Notes under the pieces: model-generated
What the model saw: the letters and a program-made list of their open reading frames with translations, nothing else
What the model was told of the DNA's origin: nothing
Database searches by the model: none
In this document: piece after piece, positions 57,979 to 64,000 of the stretch
How the letters are laid out: the number at the start of each line of letters is the position of its first letter
Position numbering within the stretch: the stretch's first letter is position 1
Source of the DNA: an uncultured Gammaproteobacteria bacterium
GTDB lineage: Bacteria; Patescibacteriota; Patescibacteriia; UBA1558; GWA2-36-10
Direction: 5' to 3'
DNA: 64,000 nucleotides
Assembly: GCA_964638415.1 (NCBI GenBank)
Contig: CAZWYP010000006.1
Coordinates: 2,244-66,243 of the forward strand
Program-made: the position numbers and the translations under genes

Positions 57979-58644
57979 TTATTTAATAACTTTAACGGTA
58001 GTGGCTAATAATCCCAAAACCTTATTGTAATCCATCCGAGCTGGTCCTAAGATAGCCAATAACTCTCTGCCTTTAGTCGGCAGCGGAGTAATTACCATCG
58101 CGCAATGCTCATGGAAAGGATTACGACTGCCAATTAATACCTGCGCTTCATTAATCTCATGGTAAATCTTAGCCAGGGCTTTTTCCAAACTGTCTACTAC
58201 TTGGGTGACAGATAAAACCATTTTGTAGTCGGCAAATTCTGGCTGGGAAAATAAATTGAATAAGCCGGTAAAGTAGAAATCGCTGGGTGCTAAAGCCACC
58301 AAAGAAGCTAAGTTTGTTTTAGCCGATAACAATTTGGCTAAATCCCTGATATCCTGATCATACGCTTTTTTTAATTCGGTAAATTCTGTATCAGAAGAAT
58401 TCTCTACGCTCAAAAGATGGTCTAAATAATACTGATAGCCTTTAGCGGTTGGTATGCGCCCGGCCGAAGTATAAGGCTGGTAAATATAACCATCCTGTTC
58501 CAATTCCAACATGGCATTGCGGATAGTAGCTGGACTAACATTAAAAATCTTATCCTCCACCAAGACTTTAGAGCCAATCGGGTGAGCGGTTTTAACATGC
58601 AATTCCACAATGGCTTTTAATAATTTTTCCAATCTGGCTTCCAT
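57979..58644 (-). CDS. hrcA: Heat-inducible transcription repressor HrcA (short, 221 aa)
   Basis: PIGSK.L, VSPATIRN.M.ELE..GYI.QP.TSAGR.PT.KGY..Y, ILGP.RMDY; start re-called at ATG 58644. Confidence 0.92.
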   Translation of the reverse strand: MEARLEKLLKAIVELHVKTAHPIGSKVLVEDKIFNVSPATIRNAMLELEQDGYIYQPYTSAGRIPTAKGYQYYLDHLLSVENSSDTEFTELKKAYDQDIRDLAKLLSAKTNLASLVALAPSDFYFTGLFNLFSQPEFADYKMVLSVTQVVDSLEKALAKIYHEINEAQVLIGSRNPFHEHCAMVITPLPTKGRELLAILGPARMDYNKVLGLLATTVKVIK

Positions 58645-58651
58645 GTATAAT

Positions 58652-58681
58652 ATTATAAAGCAAATTAGCACTCTTGGTCAA
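58652..58681 (-). promoter_or_regulatory. Promoter of the hrcA operon
   Basis: TTGACC (58681-58676, inside the CIRCE spacer), 18 nt spacer, TATAAT (58657-58652), 7 nt, ATG. Confidence 0.8.
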
Positions 58682-58691
58682 GGAGTGCTAA
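58665..58691. promoter_or_regulatory. CIRCE operator
   Basis: Perfect TTAGCACTC-N9-GAGTGCTAA upstream of hrcA. Confidence 0.97.
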
Positions 58692-58724
58692 ATAATTAAA
58701 AATTTAGGCTAATTTTAAATAAAA

Positions 58725-59978
58725 TTAACTTTGCCTTAAAGCATCAATAGGATTAAGGTTAGCAGCTTTTTTAGCCGGATAAATACCAAAAATTAAGCCA
58801 ATGATCATAGAAAAGCCAATGGCAATAACTAAAGCCTTGGGCGGCAAAGACCAGGACCAGGTAAATTCCTGGTATTGGGCAACAAGATAAATCAGGAAAT
58901 TAATAATAATGCCTAAAATAGTACCAGCGACAGAACCAATAGCAGTAATCACAATAGCTTCAGTTAAAAACTGCCTCATAATATCCTTATACTTAGCCCC
59001 GGCCGATTTGCGCAAACCGATTTCAAAAGTCCTTTCCGCCACGGAAACATACATAATATTCATAATCCCCACTCCTCCGACAATTAAGGAAATACTAGCC
59101 AAAGCAATTAATAATAAACTGACTCCGCCAATAATCGTTCCTAGTAATTCCTTAGCATCATCTAAAGAACTGACGGCAAAGTCATCTTTATCCGGATCAT
59201 TACCTTTAATATCATGCCGGTCTCTTAATAAATACTCCATATCGGCAATGGTTGAATCTTCCAAGGAAGGGTCTATCATATGGGAGGTGATAAAAGTCAC
59301 ATGGTTTATTCCCCATAATAATTTTTGTCCGGTCTGGATGGGTATGTAAATAACATTATCCTTATCAAAAAACAAAGAACTGCCTTCAGATTCTAATTCT
59401 CCAATTACTTTAAAATTAAGCTGTCTGATTTTAATATTCTGGCCAATCGCCTCGCTATTGCCGAATAGTTTTTCCTTAATCTTAGAACCTAGCACCGCTA
59501 CTCTAGCTAAAGAATCATCTTCTTCCTTATTAAAAAACCGTCCTTTAGAGACTTTAGCGCTGTCTATTTCCATAACTTCCGCATTGGAGCCGAAAATAAG
59601 GCTATTCTTCACATTGCCTTCCCACTGCGCCACTTCCTGACCAATAAAAGCCGCATAGCTTTTATCTATATTCGGCAGACGGTTAATCGCTTCCCTATCC
59701 TCTAAAGTCAAAGTAGTAATTACCACTCCCTGCACTTGGGAGGTGGCATTCTCTGCTGATTCATACTTAGTATTAGGAACCTTGACTTCTGTCTGCAGAA
59801 TATTACTGCCAAAACTGTCAATTTCAGAGAAAATAAACTTTTCAATGCTCTGGCCGGCAGAAATAACCACAATAACTGCCGCAATGCCAATAACAATTCC
59901 TAAGATAGTCAAAATTGCCCGAGCCCGATTGACTCGCAAAGCATTAACGGCGATTTTTACTGCTTCCCGATATTTCAT
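58725..59978 (-). CDS. MacB/FtsX-family ABC permease
   Basis: LTILGIVIGIAAVI, GRFF, GGVGIMNIM..SV.ERT.EIGLRK..GA, QFLTEA, PAKKAA.L.PIDALR. Confidence 0.93.
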   Translation of the reverse strand: MKYREAVKIAVNALRVNRARAILTILGIVIGIAAVIVVISAGQSIEKFIFSEIDSFGSNILQTEVKVPNTKYESAENATSQVQGVVITTLTLEDREAINRLPNIDKSYAAFIGQEVAQWEGNVKNSLIFGSNAEVMEIDSAKVSKGRFFNKEEDDSLARVAVLGSKIKEKLFGNSEAIGQNIKIRQLNFKVIGELESEGSSLFFDKDNVIYIPIQTGQKLLWGINHVTFITSHMIDPSLEDSTIADMEYLLRDRHDIKGNDPDKDDFAVSSLDDAKELLGTIIGGVSLLLIALASISLIVGGVGIMNIMYVSVAERTFEIGLRKSAGAKYKDIMRQFLTEAIVITAIGSVAGTILGIIINFLIYLVAQYQEFTWSWSLPPKALVIAIGFSMIIGLIFGIYPAKKAANLNPIDALRQS

Positions 59979-61216
59979 TATTCGTATCTTAAAGCTTCAA
60001 TTGGTTTTAATTTAGCGGCTTTCTTAGCCGGATACCAGCCAAAAACTATTGCTACCAAGAAAGTAAATACTACGGCCAAAAATACGGAAAATGGCGGTAC
60101 TACAAAATCCCAATCATAACCCAAGCCATTAGCCGCTAAACTGACTAATAAAGAGATCAGAACACCGAAGGCAATACCGATAAAACCGCCAGCTGCTGAC
60201 AGAATAAAAGTCTCGGCTAAAAATTGCTGGCTGATATCTGCTGACTTAGCACCTACTGCTTTCCGCAAGCCGATTTCCCTAGTTCTCTCCGTTACCGCTA
60301 CCAGCATGATATTCATTACGCCAATGCCTCCCACTAATAAAGAAACTGCCGCCACTGCTGCCAAAAAATAATTCAAGGCATTGGTAATATTCTTTAAGGT
60401 ATCCAAGGCTTTGTCTGCAGACTCCGCAGTAAAATCATCCTCTTCCGTAGAGTTAATATCATGCCGCTCTCGCAGTATCTTTTTCACTTCATCCAAAGCT
60501 ACATCAATGTTAGTCCCTTCCGCTATTTTAGCCCTGGCAAAGCTAATATGGTTAACTCCCAGCATTAATTTCTGGGCAGTGGTTAAGGAAATAAATATCT
60601 GATCATCCTGATTCTGGAAACCAGCACTGCCTCTGGGCTCCATCACGCCAATCACAGTAAAAGTCTCTTTATTAACCTTAATCTTTTCATTAAGCGGATC
60701 CTGGTTGCCAAATAAATCCTCCTTAACTTGCGAACCTAAAATCGCTACTCGGACTACTTCCTCTTCTTCTTCGGTTGTTAAAAAACGGCCGCTAATTACC
60801 TTAGCTTCTTCCACTTGGATATAATTAGCAGTTACGCCGACAAAACTGCTGTCCGTACTGCGATTCTGCCAGGCAATATTGGCAACACCGCGAATATACG
60901 CTGTCGCTGCTTCAATTTCCGGCAATTGTTTTTGAACGGCTTTAATATCGTCAGCCGTTAAGGTAGTGACATTAACTCCCAAAGTAGCAGAAGGCTGTCC
61001 GCTGTCTAAAGCTGCTCCCGGCAGAATACCGATTAGATTAGAGCCAATGCCTTTAATCTGGTTAAATACCAGGCTGGAAGCACCGGCGCCAATGGACATG
61101 ATCATTATCACCGAAGCAATACCAATAATAATCCCCAAACTGGTCAGGAAAGAGCGCATCTTATTTCTAACCAAGGTGCGCCAAGGGATTACAAAGATGT
61201 CATGATCAAGATGCAT
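59978..61216 (-). CDS. MacB/FtsX-family ABC permease
   Basis: RSFLT.LGIIIGIASVI, GGIGVMNIMLV.VTERTREIGLRKAVGA, PAKKAAKL.PIEALRYE. Confidence 0.93.
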   Translation of the reverse strand: MHLDHDIFVIPWRTLVRNKMRSFLTSLGIIIGIASVIMIMSIGAGASSLVFNQIKGIGSNLIGILPGAALDSGQPSATLGVNVTTLTADDIKAVQKQLPEIEAATAYIRGVANIAWQNRSTDSSFVGVTANYIQVEEAKVISGRFLTTEEEEEVVRVAILGSQVKEDLFGNQDPLNEKIKVNKETFTVIGVMEPRGSAGFQNQDDQIFISLTTAQKLMLGVNHISFARAKIAEGTNIDVALDEVKKILRERHDINSTEEDDFTAESADKALDTLKNITNALNYFLAAVAAVSLLVGGIGVMNIMLVAVTERTREIGLRKAVGAKSADISQQFLAETFILSAAGGFIGIAFGVLISLLVSLAANGLGYDWDFVVPPFSVFLAVVFTFLVAIVFGWYPAKKAAKLKPIEALRYE

Positions 61217-61238
61217 CTCAATTAAATAGCTAAAATTA

Positions 61239-61958
61239 TTATTTCAATTCCTGCTCGCTGGCAGCTATCTTGCGTTCAAAATTCTTGCTGTCATTTACTA
61301 AATAGCCATCTTTAACACTAATAATCCTAGTGGCATGGCGAGCAGTGGTAGTTTCGTGGGTAACTAAAATAATGGTTTTGCCCTCGTCATTAAGACGCTG
61401 CAGAATGGACATAATCTGCAAACCGGTTTTGGAGTCCAAATTTCCGGTCGGCTCATCAGCAAAGATGATTTCCGGCTGATTAACCAAGGCGCGGGCAATT
61501 GCTACTCGCTGTTTTTCTCCGCCGGACAGTTGATTAGATAAATAATCCCGACGATGTTCAAGATTAACGCTTTTAATCGCCTGATCAACAGCTTTGGTTT
61601 CAAATTTTTTATCACTATACAATAAAGGCAGGCGCACATTATCCCAGACTGAAGTCTTGGGTAATAGGTTAAAATTCTGGAAAACAAAACCCACTTTATT
61701 ATTACGGAAACTAGCTAAAGTATCATCGTCTAAAACACTGACATCCTGACCCTGAAACAGATACTGTCCTTGGCTTAAAGTGTCTAAAAAGCCCAAAATA
61801 TGCATCAAGGTGGACTTACCGCTGCCAGAGGGCCCCATGATAGAGATAAACTCCCCGGCTTTAACTTCAAAATTGATGTCAAATAAAACTTTAGTGACTA
61901 CATCTTCGTTGACATACTCCTTATATAGATTCTTGATTTCAATTAAATTATTTGCCAT
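61239..61958 (-). CDS. MacB/LolD-family ABC ATP-binding protein
   Basis: GPSGSGKST, GFVFQ.FNLL, LSGGEKQRVAIARAL, ADEPTGNLD, VTHE. Confidence 0.95.
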   Translation of the reverse strand: MANNLIEIKNLYKEYVNEDVVTKVLFDINFEVKAGEFISIMGPSGSGKSTLMHILGFLDTLSQGQYLFQGQDVSVLDDDTLASFRNNKVGFVFQNFNLLPKTSVWDNVRLPLLYSDKKFETKAVDQAIKSVNLEHRRDYLSNQLSGGEKQRVAIARALVNQPEIIFADEPTGNLDSKTGLQIMSILQRLNDEGKTIILVTHETTTARHATRIISVKDGYLVNDSKNFERKIAASEQELK

Positions 61959-63615
61959 TGCTGGTTAAAGTAATAACTTGCTGGCCTTGAGTTAAGCCCT
62001 CAATTATTTCAATCATGCCGTCATCGCCTTTGATGCCAGTCACCACTTCCTGATCAACTACCTGATTATCTGCTTGGAGGATCTGTACAATTCTTTTGTT
62101 CTCCTTATAAATCACTGCCCGGGCAGGGATTATTAAAACATCATCCTTCTTATCGGTTAAGATGGTTAAATCAGCAGTCATGCCTGATTTTATCTGGTCA
62201 TTCTTATCAACAAAATTAACTTTTATTTTGTAATAAATAACATCATTAATCACCGTGGCCGCTGGATCAATAAAGGTAACAGTGCCAGCAATAGCACTTT
62301 CAATGTTAAGAGCATCTAAAACAATATCTACCTGATCAGCTAAAGCGATTTTGGTAATATCCGATTCTGGGACATTGACTTCAATCTGTAAATTAGTTAA
62401 GCCAATCATGGAAATGACCGGAGTAGTAATTGAGGAAGACTCGCCGGGATCAAAATTAACTTTGGTAATCAGTCCATCAACCGGCGCTTTAATGATTGTA
62501 TCGGAAAATTGGCTTAAAATCCGGCTTAAATTGGCTTGCGCTCTTCTAACATTAGCTTCAGCGGATTTTATGTCAAAATCGCGAGGATCAGCAGTTTTGT
62601 AATTTAACTTGGCCTTAGCTAAATTTAAGCTGGTTAAAGCCGACTGAATATCATTATTGGCATCAGTAATCTGATTTTGGTAATAAATATCTCTAGTGCG
62701 GATATCGCTAGAAGCGTCTCGTACTGAACTAATCGCAGTATTAACCGTAGTGCTTTGGGTATTAATAGTTGTTTTCCAGGTGTCGATAACTGACTGGGTA
62801 TAAGTACCACTGGCCCGGGCTGCTTGGAAAACCTGGAAGCCGTAGCTAAGAGTCTGGGAGATATCATTCAATAAAGCCTCTAAACTATCTAGCGTATTTA
62901 GTATCTCTGCTTGATCACTTCCTTGATTTAAGCCGCTAACCGCTGAAGACAAGCCGTTAAAATCTATCATCGCCAAATCATACCTGTTTTCCGCATTAAT
63001 CAGAGCCTGGGAATCGCTGGTTAATAAATTACTGTCGGCATTAGTATCTAATAAACTGTCATTAATAATCTCCAAAGCATACTGGGCGACAAAATACTTG
63101 TCCTTAGCAGTATTAACCCCAGTCACATACAAATTATTTAATTCCTGGTTGCGCGTATTCTCTAAACCAGCTAAAGCATCTACCGCACTGTTATAAGAGA
63201 TCTCCGCTGCGCGCAATTCTTCCTGAGTGACCTGAATATCTTCGTCACTGGCTCCAGCCAATAATTTATCCAATTCGCTGCGGGCAATGTCCACAGCTGC
63301 CTGAGCATCGTTAATTTGAGCGCTAATATCTCCAGCCCGCAAGCTAGCTAAAGTCTGGCCGGCCTTAACTTCATCGCCAACTTTGACGCCAATACTCTGG
63401 ATAATGCCGCCTGACTTGAAATTAAGATCAATTTCATCAGCCGACTCCACCTGACCGGTCACTTCCACTGTCTGAGTAATTGAGCCGCGTTCAACCGCAG
63501 CGGTCACATAAGTAGTTTCCGGCGGAGTAGATAATTTATAAGCAGCCAGAATAATTACCCCGATAATTACCAGCCACCACCATCGCTTCTTCATAAAAAT
63601 AAAGATTTTCCCCAT
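61948..63615 (-). CDS. MacA/HlyD-type adaptor subunit with long coiled coil
   Basis: N-terminal TM, V.VGDEVKAGQ.LA, IKAPVDG, V.VPESDI, IKSGMTA, IP..AV, V.TG...D...EI..GL..G. Confidence 0.9.
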   Translation of the reverse strand: MGKIFIFMKKRWWWLVIIGVIILAAYKLSTPPETTYVTAAVERGSITQTVEVTGQVESADEIDLNFKSGGIIQSIGVKVGDEVKAGQTLASLRAGDISAQINDAQAAVDIARSELDKLLAGASDEDIQVTQEELRAAEISYNSAVDALAGLENTRNQELNNLYVTGVNTAKDKYFVAQYALEIINDSLLDTNADSNLLTSDSQALINAENRYDLAMIDFNGLSSAVSGLNQGSDQAEILNTLDSLEALLNDISQTLSYGFQVFQAARASGTYTQSVIDTWKTTINTQSTTVNTAISSVRDASSDIRTRDIYYQNQITDANNDIQSALTSLNLAKAKLNYKTADPRDFDIKSAEANVRRAQANLSRILSQFSDTIIKAPVDGLITKVNFDPGESSSITTPVISMIGLTNLQIEVNVPESDITKIALADQVDIVLDALNIESAIAGTVTFIDPAATVINDVIYYKIKVNFVDKNDQIKSGMTADLTILTDKKDDVLIIPARAVIYKENKRIVQILQADNQVVDQEVVTGIKGDDGMIEIIEGLTQGQQVITLTSNGK

Positions 63616-63667
63616 AAAATTAACTGATTTCTTAAAGCAATCCCATTATAACCTATTTATCTTAATT

Positions 63668-63697
63668 AAAAAAGGGGCTAAAGATAACCCCCTTTTT
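63668..63697 (-). terminator. Probable intrinsic terminator
   Basis: AAAAAGGGG...CCCCTTTTT imperfect hairpin after the edge ORF. Confidence 0.6.
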
Positions 63698-63716
63698 AAA
63701 GGAAAATTACAATTTA

Positions 63717-64000
63717 TTATCTCTGAACATAAATAGAAGAATCGGCATAATTGCTTTCTATACAAGCTCCAATCTTAATACGACCATTAGAATCCTTTAA
63801 TAAGTAATAACCAGTGCCATCAGAACCAGCTGTTAATTGAGTATAAGTCGGATCAATCGGCATGGTAGGGATGTAGGTAGAAACTATGCCGGAAGAAATA
63901 TCGCGCTTAGCAATAGAATCGCCGTGGCAAGTCTCACTAGTAACATCTGAATTTCCCGCTACATGGATCAAATAAGTTGTACCAGCGGAAGCAGTGCTGA
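63717..64000 (-). CDS. Pilin-like protein, 3' part (runs off window edge)
   Basis: Frame is open to 64000; YIPTMPIDP...DGTGYY...C resembles YIGELPIDP..DDTGYY...C of the pilin domain in 38501..39616. Confidence 0.65.
   Translation of the reverse strand, partial: STASAGTTYLIHVAGNSDVTSETCHGDSIAKRDISSGIVSTYIPTMPIDPTYTQLTAGSDGTGYYLLKDSNGRIKIGACIESNYADSSIYVQR

Noticed and set aside
58645-58671. N-terminal extension of HrcA
   Set aside because: Overlaps CIRCE and the -10 box.

Overview
This is a chromosomal segment from a low-GC bacterium with standard genetic code (tRNA-Trp CCA, TGA used as stop). Gene content and protein style suggest Patescibacteria/CPR (Parcubacteria-like); that is inferred, not searched. 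Almost all genes are on the minus strand. Core content: alr, serS, lysS; a Wzx/GT2/GT4 glycan cluster; infA-rpmJ-rpsM-rpsK-rpsD-rpoA-rplQ-rplM-rpsI; mraY-murD-ftsW-murG-murC-murB; a second glycosylation operon (S8 protease, GtrA, polyprenol-P GT2s, UXS-like, GT-C); tRNA-Thr-rpmG-tRNA-Trp; a CIRCE-controlled hrcA-grpE-hsp20-ORF-dnaK-dnaJ operon; and a MacAB-like ABC exporter. Five small ORFs are absent from the supplied track: rpmJ, rpmG, a 25-aa basic peptide, a 57-aa membrane protein and a 45-aa, 13-Cys metallothionein-like protein. The most interesting locus is 39.7-43.3 kb: basic peptide, GT-B glycosyltransferase, OLD-type ATPase/TOPRIM nuclease and the metallothionein-like peptide, converging on an orphan InsA-like Zn-ribbon/HTH gene. 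Also notable: RpoA without an alpha-CTD, an FCB-style secreted protein with a T9SS-like C-terminal domain, a PilB-like pseudo-ATPase, a pilin-FISUMP fusion, and several apparently leaderless promoters. No CRISPR array, rRNA, reverse transcriptase or complete IS was seen. All assignments come from motif recognition by eye, without database searches.
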